From IMG/VR virus record IMGVR_UViG_3300010262_000127: a stretch of DNA of 5,925 nt; one strand, given 5' to 3'. This stretch comes from a virus (taxonomy: Duplodnaviria > Heunggongvirae > Uroviricota > Caudoviricetes). The notes beneath the pieces were generated by a model. That model did not search any database, was not told the origin of the DNA, and saw only the letters and a program-made list of their open reading frames with translations. Below are positions 1 through 5,637 of this stretch, in pieces (position 1 is the stretch's first letter; each line of letters opens with the position of its first letter). The position numbers and the translations under genes are program-made.

Positions 1-18
1 ATTGTGTCGAAATCCATA

Positions 19-255
19 TCACTCACCTGAGTTTCTTTCCAGCCAGCGACGGGCACCATTTTCGGTTTTAAACGTTTTGCTTTTGGTATACGTCATCGCG
101 GTGAACGTGCCGTCCTGGTTGGGAAACACGCAGTACACCAGAGATTCGTTGTTGCCAAGATCGATAGTATCCATGCTGACCTCATTTCCCCTTAACGCCG
201 GGGTAGCGGAACAAAAACCTGCTGCATAGTTATTAAAGTTGAACCCTGCCGTCAT
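19..255 (-). CDS. hypothetical small protein (78 aa), downstream of and co-oriented with the repressor gene
   Basis: Complete ORF on the minus strand, ATG at 253-255 to stop at 19-21. GAGG lies about 9 nt upstream of the ATG. Codon choice (CTG, GGC, CGT, CGC, GAA, AAC, ACC) looks more enterobacterial than the fully overlapping plus-strand ORF 2..229, which uses CGA, CGG, ATA and GTA. No protein family recognised by eye. Confidence 0.45.
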   Translation of the reverse strand: MTAGFNFNNYAAGFCSATPALRGNEVSMDTIDLGNNESLVYCVFPNQDGTFTAMTYTKSKTFKTENGARRWLERNSGE

Positions 256-360
256 GTTCTTACGCCTCGGGCTGGCTACTTAACCCCTGACCACTGCCTG
301 GTAACTCGAAGTATTGCCCTGCATTCTGTGGGGCGGGGTGGGTTGGTATGAAAAGAAGGA

Positions 361-397
361 TACCCATAGGTATTTAAAAAGTAAATACCTATGGGTA
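361..397. promoter_or_regulatory. inverted repeat (15-bp arms, 7-bp spacer) carrying the operator 12-mer; candidate distal repressor-binding site and/or bidirectional terminator
   Basis: TACCCATAGGTATTT (361-375) and AAATACCTATGGGTA (383-397) are perfect reverse complements. The arms contain ATACCCATAGGT (360-371), which matches the reverse complement of the promoter-proximal repeat ACCTGTGGGTAT at 11 of 12 positions. The repeat is flanked by a T-run on the plus strand (400-405) and by TCCTTCTTTT on the minus strand (reverse complement of 345-360). Confidence 0.5.
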
Positions 398-439
398 AAT
401 TTTTGCGGTGTCTTAACTGGTGACTAGTTGTTTGGTGAG

Positions 440-859
440 CTATGATGCGTTTTGTGCTTTCTTTTTACGGATTTCTTCGTAGATCATATTGTAATACTGT
501 TTTTTCTCTTCAAGAGTTTTTAATAATTTATCCGCTTCACTTTCTGGCAGTTCGTCTAAGAGATCTAAAAAAATACGTTGTCGTGGCGTTAGAACCCTTG
601 TTTCATAACTGGAGGCTGTGTTCGTTGATGATGAAACGATACCATCCATCCATCCCCGGGGTAACCCAAAGGACTCTTCGATAATCTCCACCATATCATC
701 AGCGATCCGTTTTTTTCCCTTTTTCCCCTCTGGGTACAACATTCTTGATACATAAGAAGGCTCGCGCCCGATCTTTCTGGCCACGTTAACCGCTTTACCA
801 TCGCATTTCTCATCACGAATTTTGATGAGTTGCTGTCGTCTAAATTCATATTTGTCCAT
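440..859 (-). CDS. CI-type prophage repressor, HTH N-terminal domain of the Phage_CI_repr type (RacR / phage 186 CI-like), 139 aa, no peptidase domain
   Basis: The translation contains VARKIGREPSYVSRML...KKRIADDMVEIIEESFGLPRGWMDG, which fits the HTH signature of the phage CI repressor family. The C-terminal part (LTPRQRIFLDLLDELPESEADKLLKTLEE) resembles the helical tail of DicA/RacR-type repressors. The gene is divergent from a Cro-like gene across a repeat-containing intergenic region. No SD precedes the ATG (see findings). Confidence 0.85.
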   Translation of the reverse strand: MDKYEFRRQQLIKIRDEKCDGKAVNVARKIGREPSYVSRMLYPEGKKGKKRIADDMVEIIEESFGLPRGWMDGIVSSSTNTASSYETRVLTPRQRIFLDLLDELPESEADKLLKTLEEKKQYYNMIYEEIRKKKAQNAS

Positions 860-959
860 AGGTAAATAATAGATGCGATTACCGCAAGGTAAACAACCTG
901 TGGGTATTGACTTTTGTTTACCTGTGGGTATTCTTTGCTGTGTTTACTAAGGAGTAGTT
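860..959. promoter_or_regulatory. divergent early promoter/operator region between the repressor and Cro-like genes
   Basis: A 13-bp direct repeat ACCTGTGGGTATT occurs at 896-908 and 920-932, 24 bp apart. A candidate rightward promoter has -35 TTGACT (907-912), a 16-bp spacer and -10 TATTCT (929-934); the repeats overlap both hexamers. SD AAGGAG (949-954) precedes the ATG at 960. A candidate leftward -10 TATTAT sits on the minus strand (866-871), ending 6 nt before the repressor ATG. Confidence 0.6.
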
Positions 960-1241
960 ATGGAAGAATTAAGAATATTTCTCAATTCTCTTTCGTCAGA
1001 TGAACAGCGTATGTTTGCATGCGAGTGTGGTACCAGCATCGGTTATCTAAGAAAGGCATTGAGTAAAGGTCAAGTGTTAGGGGCATCGTTATGTGTCCTT
1101 ATTGAGCGAGCCAGTAATGGTGAAGTTACACGTCAGCAACTAAGGCCTTTTGATTGGATGAATATTTGGCCCGAGCTGGAAGATACCAAAACGTTAACAC
1201 AACCACTTTCTAGGAGCTTGATTCATGAAAATCAAGCATGA
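960..1241 (+). CDS. Cro-like HTH regulator (YdaS-like, Cro/CI family), 93 aa
   Basis: SD AAGGAG 5 nt upstream of the ATG. The translation contains ...CGTSIGYLRKALSKGQ...LIERASNGEVTRQQLRPFDW, which resembles YdaS-type Cro-like proteins of Rac-like prophages (compare ERATRGEV..EELRPD..W). It sits at the cro position, divergent from the repressor. Confidence 0.8.
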   Translation: MEELRIFLNSLSSDEQRMFACECGTSIGYLRKALSKGQVLGASLCVLIERASNGEVTRQQLRPFDWMNIWPELEDTKTLTQPLSRSLIHENQA

Positions 1242-1650
1242 ACACATCCGCATGGCGATGAATGTCTGGGCGCATCCGGACGGCGAAAAAGTACCGGCTG
1301 CGAAAATTACCAAAGCGTATTTCGAGCTGGGAATGACGTTCCCGGAACTGTATGACGACAGCCATCCGGAAGCCCTGGCCCGTAATACCCAGAAAATTTT
1401 CCGTTGGCTGGATAAAGACACCCCTGATGCTGTTGAAAAAATGCAGGCTCTGTTACCGGCGATCGAAAAGGCGATGCCGCCTTTGCTGGTGGCCCGTATG
1501 CGCAGCCACAGTTCTGAATATTACCGTGAGATCGTCGAACGGAGGGATCGGCTGGTGAAGGATGTCGATGATTTTGTTGCGTCAGCGGTTGTTTTGTATG
1601 ACCAGATGAATCGCGGCGGCCCGGCAGGGAATGCTGTGGTGATGCACTAA
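1225..1650 (+). CDS. YdaT-like protein (CII-like regulator, reported as toxic when overexpressed), 141 aa
   Basis: The N-terminus MKIKHEHI and the overall pattern (..RWLDKDT..EKMQALLPAIEKAMPP..) match the YdaT family of Rac-like prophages. SD AGGAG (1212-1216) lies 8 nt before the ATG. The start overlaps the 3' end of the upstream gene by 17 nt. Confidence 0.85.
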   Translation: MKIKHEHIRMAMNVWAHPDGEKVPAAKITKAYFELGMTFPELYDDSHPEALARNTQKIFRWLDKDTPDAVEKMQALLPAIEKAMPPLLVARMRSHSSEYYREIVERRDRLVKDVDDFVASAVVLYDQMNRGGPAGNAVVMH

Positions 1651-1672
1651 AAGCACGGTGTTCGGGGGTTTT

Positions 1673-2635
1673 ATGAGCAGCAAGCTTCATGGTCTTGTCT
1701 GGGAAGGGTGCGCCTTCACCGGCATGATCTTATCCAGGGTGGCGGTTATGGCCCGTCTTGCAGACTACAGCAATGATGAGGGCGTGTCATGGCCTGCCAT
1801 TGAAACTATCCGGCGTCAGATCGGTGCAAGAAGTGAATCCACAGTGAAATCGGCTATTGCAGAACTGGCGAAAGAGGGCTGGCTGACGAAGGAAGAGCGT
1901 AAGGTCGGTGGGCGTAATGTAAGCAATATCTATCGGCTTAATGTGGAAAAACTCGAAGCAGCTGCTGCGGCGGCGCGTGAGTCATATAAACCGAAAAGAA
2001 AAATTAGCCCGGCAAAAAATGACCCGTTAACAGTTGACCCGTCAAATATTGCCCCCTCAACGGTTGACCCGTCAAATTTTGATGGATCAACTGTTGATAA
2101 CAAACTGCCGATTAGGGGGGCGATGATTGACCCCGATCCGTCAGTATTAAAACCTGATCCGTCAGATAAAAGATCTTCTTGTCCGGACGCTTCGCAACCG
2201 GACCCGCAGACGGCTGAACAGAATTTTTTAACCCGACACCCTGACGCGGTTGTGTTCAGTGCGAAAAAACGCCAGTGGGGAAGTCAGGAAGATTTGGTGT
2301 GCGCACAGTGGATCTGGGGACGAATCGTGAGTCTTTACGAGCAGGCGGCCAGCGATGATGGCGAGATCACGAGACCGAAAGAACCCAACTGGACTGCATG
2401 GGCCAATGACGTGCGGACAATGCGGATGCTGGATGGCAGAACTCACAGACAAATTTGTGAAATGTTTGGGCGTCTCCAGCGGGATTCGTTCTGGGTAAAA
2501 AACATCATGAGTCCGGCAAAACTCCGGGAAAAATGGGATGAACTGGTTATCCGCCTGGGGCGTTCGCCCGCGCAGCGTTGCGTGAATCACATTTCTGAAC
2601 CGGACACTGAAATACCGCCGGGATTCAGGGGGTGA
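1673..2635 (+). CDS. phage replication initiation protein (lambda O-like / replisome organizer) with N-terminal winged-helix domain and a repetitive DPS-rich linker
   Basis: Long ORF directly upstream of a DnaC-like gene (7-nt gap). The N-terminus (ARLADYSNDEGVSWPAIETIRRQIGARSESTVKSAIAELAKEGWL) is a typical winged-helix DNA-binding region of phage replication initiators. The start is placed at ATG 1673, preceded by a GGGGG run; the ORF track's alternative is GTG 1658, which has no SD. Tandem DNA repeats in the middle of the gene encode the linker. Confidence 0.8.
   Translation: MSSKLHGLVWEGCAFTGMILSRVAVMARLADYSNDEGVSWPAIETIRRQIGARSESTVKSAIAELAKEGWLTKEERKVGGRNVSNIYRLNVEKLEAAAAAARESYKPKRKISPAKNDPLTVDPSNIAPSTVDPSNFDGSTVDNKLPIRGAMIDPDPSVLKPDPSDKRSSCPDASQPDPQTAEQNFLTRHPDAVVFSAKKRQWGSQEDLVCAQWIWGRIVSLYEQAASDDGEITRPKEPNWTAWANDVRTMRMLDGRTHRQICEMFGRLQRDSFWVKNIMSPAKLREKWDELVIRLGRSPAQRCVNHISEPDTEIPPGFRG
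2027..2165. repeat. iteron-like direct repeat array inside the initiator gene (candidate replication origin)
   Basis: Three tandem 30-bp units start at 2027, 2057 and 2087 (TTAACAGTTGACCCGTCAAAT / TCAACGGTTGACCCGTCAAAT / TCAACTGTTGA...). Each contains the near-palindrome TCAAC-N-GTTGA. Two further copies of GATCCGTCAG lie at 2135-2144 and 2156-2165, 21 bp apart. A-rich sequence follows at 2166-2172. Confidence 0.5.
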
Positions 2636-2641
2636 CGTGTC

Positions 2642-3382
2642 ATGAAAAACATTCCGGCAGTTGGGGTTCTTGAACGTATTCGCAGACTTGCACCACAGGG
2701 GGCGGTTCCACCGTACCGGACGGTGGAGGAGTGGCGGGAATGGCAACTTGCTGAAGGACGAAAACGCAGCGAGGAGATTAACCGCCTGAATCATCAGGTG
2801 TGGGTTGAAAAAATCCTGAACCGTGCGGGCATCCAGCCGCTTCACAGGAAGTGCTCATTCGGGAACTACCGGGTGCAGAACGACGGTCAGCGCCATGCTC
2901 TGAGCCAGGCGAAATCCATTGCCGATGAATTGATGACCGGATGTACAAACTTCGTGTTCAGCGGTAAACCTGGTACCGGTAAAAATCACCTGGCAGCAGC
3001 GATTGGCAATCGGCTGATGGCGAAGGGGAGAAGCGTGATTATCGTCACCGTGTCCGATGTCATGAGCGTGTTGCATGACGGCTACGACAACGGCCAGTCC
3101 GGGGAAAAATTTTTACAGGAGCTTTGTGGAGTTGACCTTCTGGTCCTTGATGAAATTGGCATGCAGCGGGATACGCGCAACGAGCAGGTCACGCTGAACC
3201 AGATAGTCGACCGCAGAACGGCTTCGATGCGTAGTGTCGGAATGCTGACGAACCTGAATCACGCAGCGATGAGCACACTCCTCGGAGATCGGGTGATGGA
3301 CCGTATGACCATGAATGGTGGTCGTTGGGTGAATTTTAACTGGGAGAGCTGGCGGTCAAACGTTGGACGTCAGGGTATGTGA
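2642..3382 (+). CDS. DnaC-like replicative helicase loader (AAA+ ATPase, IstB/DnaC family), 246 aa
   Basis: Walker A GKPGTGKN (2963-2986) and Walker B LLVLDEIG are present. Extended similarity to DnaC is visible by eye (FSGKPGTGKNHLAAAI..., NQIVDRR..., GMLTNLN..., LLGDRVMDRM, FNWESWR). It follows the initiator gene with a 7-nt gap, as in lambdoid O-P-type modules. Confidence 0.9.
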   Translation: MKNIPAVGVLERIRRLAPQGAVPPYRTVEEWREWQLAEGRKRSEEINRLNHQVWVEKILNRAGIQPLHRKCSFGNYRVQNDGQRHALSQAKSIADELMTGCTNFVFSGKPGTGKNHLAAAIGNRLMAKGRSVIIVTVSDVMSVLHDGYDNGQSGEKFLQELCGVDLLVLDEIGMQRDTRNEQVTLNQIVDRRTASMRSVGMLTNLNHAAMSTLLGDRVMDRMTMNGGRWVNFNWESWRSNVGRQGM

Positions 3383-3407
3383 GAATTTTTGACGAGGTAA
3401 ATTTTCG

Positions 3408-3836
3408 ATGGAAACTGTATTGCATGCACTGAAAGCGATGGGAAAAGCCAATTCTGTTGAACTGGCGGCGCGGCTTGATATCAGCCGTGAAGAAGTTCTT
3501 AACGAACTGTGGGAACTCAAAAAAAATGGCGTTGTTGATAAAACGGGTCACACCTGGTTTCTGGCTGTCGAAGGTGAAGCCGGGGTAACCGAAGGGCAGG
3601 CACTACAACCTGAAGCGCCGGATGTGGTAACCGAAGAGGTCGCTCCAAAAGTTACCGCAGACATGATGGTTGAGTTTATCGGTCAGGATGGTGCTAAAAC
3701 GTGTGAGGAACTGGCGGGTAAGTTCGGCGTCAGTACTCGCAAGGTTGCTTCCACGCTGGCGGTGGTAACCGCAACGGGGCGGCTGGCACGCGTTAATCAG
3801 AACGGTAAATTTCGTTACTGCATGTCGGGGGGGTAA
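3408..3836 (+). CDS. winged-helix (DUF1627-like) prophage protein, probably the 5' portion of a gene interrupted by a frameshift
   Basis: SD GAGG about 10 nt before ATG 3408. The translation shows two winged-helix-like segments (ANSVELAARLDISREEVLNELWELKKNGVV and KTCEELAGKFGVSTRKVASTLAVVTATGRL). The ORF ends at TAA 3834-3836, immediately after a G7 run (3827-3833), and the +1 frame stays open from 3769 to 4179. Confidence 0.7.
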   Translation: METVLHALKAMGKANSVELAARLDISREEVLNELWELKKNGVVDKTGHTWFLAVEGEAGVTEGQALQPEAPDVVTEEVAPKVTADMMVEFIGQDGAKTCEELAGKFGVSTRKVASTLAVVTATGRLARVNQNGKFRYCMSGG

Positions 3837-3837
3837 T

Positions 3838-4179
3838 TTACCAGCAGATCCGAAAGCCGCGCCGGTAACGAAAAATGATGGTAAGGCCTTTCCTCAGCCA
3901 GCAGGTGCTGCGTTACCAGTCCGGGAAGCCGCAACACAGGAAGAAATTAAAACAGAAACTGTGGCGGACATTGTGCAGCCGTTGCTATCGTTTACCGAAA
4001 CGCAAGCAGATGAGCTGATTTTTCCGTCCCTGCGCAGGGCAAACCTGGCGCTGCGCAGGGCGAAAAGTGATGTTCAGAAGTGGGAGCGAGTCTGCGCCGC
4101 GCTGCGGGAGCTGAACAAGCACCGGGATATTGTTCGACAGATTACTGATTCTTCCCGCCGTGTTGTATCGGAAAAGTGA
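3838..4179 (+). pseudogene. out-of-frame 3' continuation of the 3408 gene (frameshift at the G7 tract); the only in-frame start for independent translation is GTG 3961, with no SD
   Basis: The frame is open from 3769 to TGA 4177-4179 with no ATG, GTG or TTG before GTG 3961. Removing one G from the 3827-3833 run joins the 3408 frame to this frame, giving a single ORF of about 257 codons. Confidence 0.5.
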
Positions 4180-4194
4180 TAGCCGGAGGCGCTT

Positions 4195-4590
4195 ATGGCG
4201 AAACCTTTTACACACGAACAGCGTGAAGAACTGAAGGCCCGAATTATCGGGCTGGTACGCAAAAATGAACGCATGACGATATCACAACTGGAGAGAGCGA
4301 CGGGAGCAGGCTGGCATTCAGTCAGACGTTGCCTTGTGGATGTACTGGCTTGTGGCGATTTATACATGCCCGGTAAATACGGTGTTTTTACATCAGAACA
4401 GGTGTATCGCGTATGGCGTAAGGCAGCGGAGAAAGCAACCGACCAGACATTGATTCGAAAGTTACCAGACGGAGAAATACGCCGCTACGACAGACAACAG
4501 AACATAATCTGTGGCGAGTGCCGGAAGAGTGAAGTTATGCTGCGTGTACTGGCGTTCTATCAGGGCAATTTTCAGGAGGCGGTACTGTGA
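4195..4590 (+). CDS. hypothetical prophage protein (131 aa) with a winged-helix-like N-terminal segment and a C-terminal CGEC motif
   Basis: SD GGAGG (4185-4189) lies 5 nt before the ATG. The ORF is clean and its stop overlaps the downstream start (GTGA at 4587-4590). No family recognised with confidence. Confidence 0.75.
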   Translation: MAKPFTHEQREELKARIIGLVRKNERMTISQLERATGAGWHSVRRCLVDVLACGDLYMPGKYGVFTSEQVYRVWRKAAEKATDQTLIRKLPDGEIRRYDRQQNIICGECRKSEVMLRVLAFYQGNFQEAVL

Positions 4591-5231
4591 GTGAATTAGC
4601 TATCAGGCTTCAATTGTCGCTGGCATTCGCATCAAAGGAGAATGAGATGACCACTTTTACAAAAGAGCAGTTAATCAGTCATGTTAGTGAAAATGTAAAG
4701 GCGATGAAATTTGCAGTAAAACAGACAGTATTCAAAAATTCTCTCGAGGCAATTGAGTTGGATTTAGCACTGGCCCTTGTTGCTCAGGCTTCGCTGGAAG
4801 CAGAGCCCGTGCTTTATATGAATCGATTTACCGGAAAGACATTCTCACTGGAAGAGCAACCCGGTGCTGATAAGGAACCGGAAATATACGTGCCGCTATA
4901 TGCTGCCCCGCCAGACAGCGCCGCCATGCTTCAGGCTGGAAACTTTCGGGAAAATAAGGGTTCGTCAACCAATAATTTTCGGGAAATCTCGGAAACGTCA
5001 ACCAACTATCCGGTAACTCCGGATGGTTGGATAAGCTGTAGTGAGCGAATGCCGGATGATGGTCAGCACGTAATTATTTTATGTGATGGCGCATTCGTTC
5101 TTTATGCGCAATATCGAGACGGTGAGTTTTTTGATGTAGTCCGTAATGGTGATGAATTTTTCGAAACACAGAGCCGCAATGTAACCGACTGGATGCCGCT
5201 ACCAGAACCGCCGCAGGAGGTGCGCCAATGA
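4587..5231 (+). CDS. DUF551-like phage protein (214 aa by the GTG start)
   Basis: The C-terminal region (GWISCSERMPDDGQHVIIL...VTDWMPLPEPP) matches the DUF551 signature common in lambdoid prophage early regions. The GTG 4587 start has AGGAGG 7 nt upstream and overlaps the upstream stop. An alternative in-frame start is ATG 4647 with AAAGGAG 6 nt upstream, giving 194 aa. Confidence 0.8.
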   Translation: MSELAIRLQLSLAFASKENEMTTFTKEQLISHVSENVKAMKFAVKQTVFKNSLEAIELDLALALVAQASLEAEPVLYMNRFTGKTFSLEEQPGADKEPEIYVPLYAAPPDSAAMLQAGNFRENKGSSTNNFREISETSTNYPVTPDGWISCSERMPDDGQHVIILCDGAFVLYAQYRDGEFFDVVRNGDEFFETQSRNVTDWMPLPEPPQEVRQ

Positions 5232-5311
5232 TCTGGCCTGAAGCCTTTGCAATTACAGGCGTTGCTATAGCTATTGATTTTTTAGTATATGTTATTTGTC
5301 GGTGGGGGTAA
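5228..5311 (+). CDS. small hydrophobic peptide (27 aa, MIWPEAFAITGVAIAIDFLVYVICRWG), not in the ORF track
   Basis: The ATG overlaps the upstream stop (ATGA at 5228-5231). AGGAGG (5215-5220) lies 7 nt upstream. The predicted peptide is a single hydrophobic helix with a C-terminal RWG. Confidence 0.4.
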   Translation: MIWPEAFAITGVAIAIDFLVYVICRWG

Positions 5312-5346
5312 AAACGTTCGCCGGGATTCACACCAAAGGAGGGAAT

Positions 5347-5451
5347 ATGTCGGATGATATTTCACTGGCAATGGAAGGTGCTCTGGCTGTTATTGCTGTT
5401 GTGGGCGTTTACTGCCTGGTTGTGTTTTTGATGGATCGACTAGGGAACTGA
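5347..5451 (+). CDS. small membrane peptide (34 aa, MSDDISLAMEGALAVIAVVGVYCLVVFLMDRLGN), not in the ORF track
   Basis: AAGGAGG (5336-5342) lies 4 nt before ATG 5347; stop is TGA 5449-5451. The peptide has an acidic N-terminus, one predicted transmembrane helix and a short polar C-terminus. Confidence 0.45.
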   Translation: MSDDISLAMEGALAVIAVVGVYCLVVFLMDRLGN

Positions 5452-5460
5452 ATTCATTAC

Positions 5461-5480
5461 GATATGGGAATTCCCATATC
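5461..5480. repeat. perfect 20-bp palindrome GATATGGGAATTCCCATATC
   Basis: The sequence equals its own reverse complement. It lies 10 nt after the small-ORF stop. No U-tract follows on either strand, so a protein-binding site is more likely than an intrinsic terminator. Confidence 0.6.
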
Positions 5481-5539
5481 GGGTAAAAACGGTTTGCGGT
5501 AAAGCGAGAGTTAAGTAGAATTGCTGCGGGTGCTTGAGG

Positions 5540-5575
5540 CTGTCTGCCTCGGGCATGCCACCGTAAGGCAGACAG
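5540..5575. repeat. inverted repeat (10-bp stem CTGTCTGCCT / AGGCAGACAG, 16-nt loop containing the palindrome GGCATGCC)
   Basis: Direct reading of complementary arms at 5540-5549 and 5566-5575, with an inner palindrome at 5552-5559. Neither strand has a U-tract after it. Confidence 0.4.
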
Positions 5576-5637
5576 AGAAAAGCCCCAGTTAACATTACGC
5601 GTCCTGCAAGACGCCTAACATTAATCTGAGGCCAATT

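Noticed and set aside
2-229. Plus-strand ORF (75 aa) entering from the window edge
   Set aside because: It fully overlaps the minus-strand ORF 19-255, which has a ribosome-binding site and more typical codon usage. The plus frame uses rare codons (CGA, CGG, ATA). It is kept only as an alternative in the 19-255 finding.
329-348. G-rich tract GGGGCGGGGTGGGTTGG next to the distal inverted repeat
   Set aside because: It could in principle form a G-quadruplex, but it is a single short tract with no repeat context or obvious functional link; not enough to call.
442-849. ORFs 442..684 (+) and 589..849 (-) overlapping the repressor gene
   Set aside because: Both lie entirely inside the well-supported repressor CDS in other frames, with no start signals or recognisable domains; likely shadow ORFs.
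1194-1690. ORFs 1194..1421 (-), 1307..1690 (-) and 1352..1558 (+) overlapping the YdaT-like gene
   Set aside because: They lie antisense or out of frame to a gene with clear family resemblance, and their translations are low-complexity and rich in Arg, Ser and Pro, as expected for spurious frames.
2963-2986. Walker A reads GKPGTGKN, with Asn where P-loops usually have Thr or Ser
   Set aside because: At first sight this looks like an inactivating substitution, but to my recollection the same GTGKN P-loop is present in bona fide DnaC itself. I treat it as a family signature rather than a novelty; an alignment to DnaC would confirm.
2228-3076. Minus-strand ORFs 2228..2845 and 2855..3076
   Set aside because: They are antisense to the initiator and DnaC-like genes, which have strong motif support. 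No ribosome-binding sites were seen.
3336-3551. Minus-strand ORF 3336..3551
   Set aside because: Antisense across the DnaC-like stop and the start of the winged-helix gene; no support.
3875-4018. A 47-codon, highly basic ORF (MMVRPFLSQQ...) in a third frame
   Set aside because: It has no ribosome-binding site and lies inside the region better explained as the frameshifted continuation of the 3408 gene. Its Arg/Lys-rich composition is typical of an out-of-frame reading.
3985-4367. Minus-strand ORFs 3985..4215 and 4074..4367
   Set aside because: Antisense to the plus-strand genes 3838-4179 and 4195-4590; translations are Arg/Ser/Cys-rich with no motifs.
5074-5331. Minus-strand ORF 5074..5331 (85 aa)
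   Set aside because: Antisense to the DUF551 gene 3' end and to the first small ORF; His/Arg-rich, no ribosome-binding site.
5452-5637. Possible tRNA or attachment site in the spacer before the transposase gene
   Set aside because: No T-loop-like GTTCGAATC/CCA signature or cloverleaf-compatible arms were found by eye; the structures present are simple palindromes.
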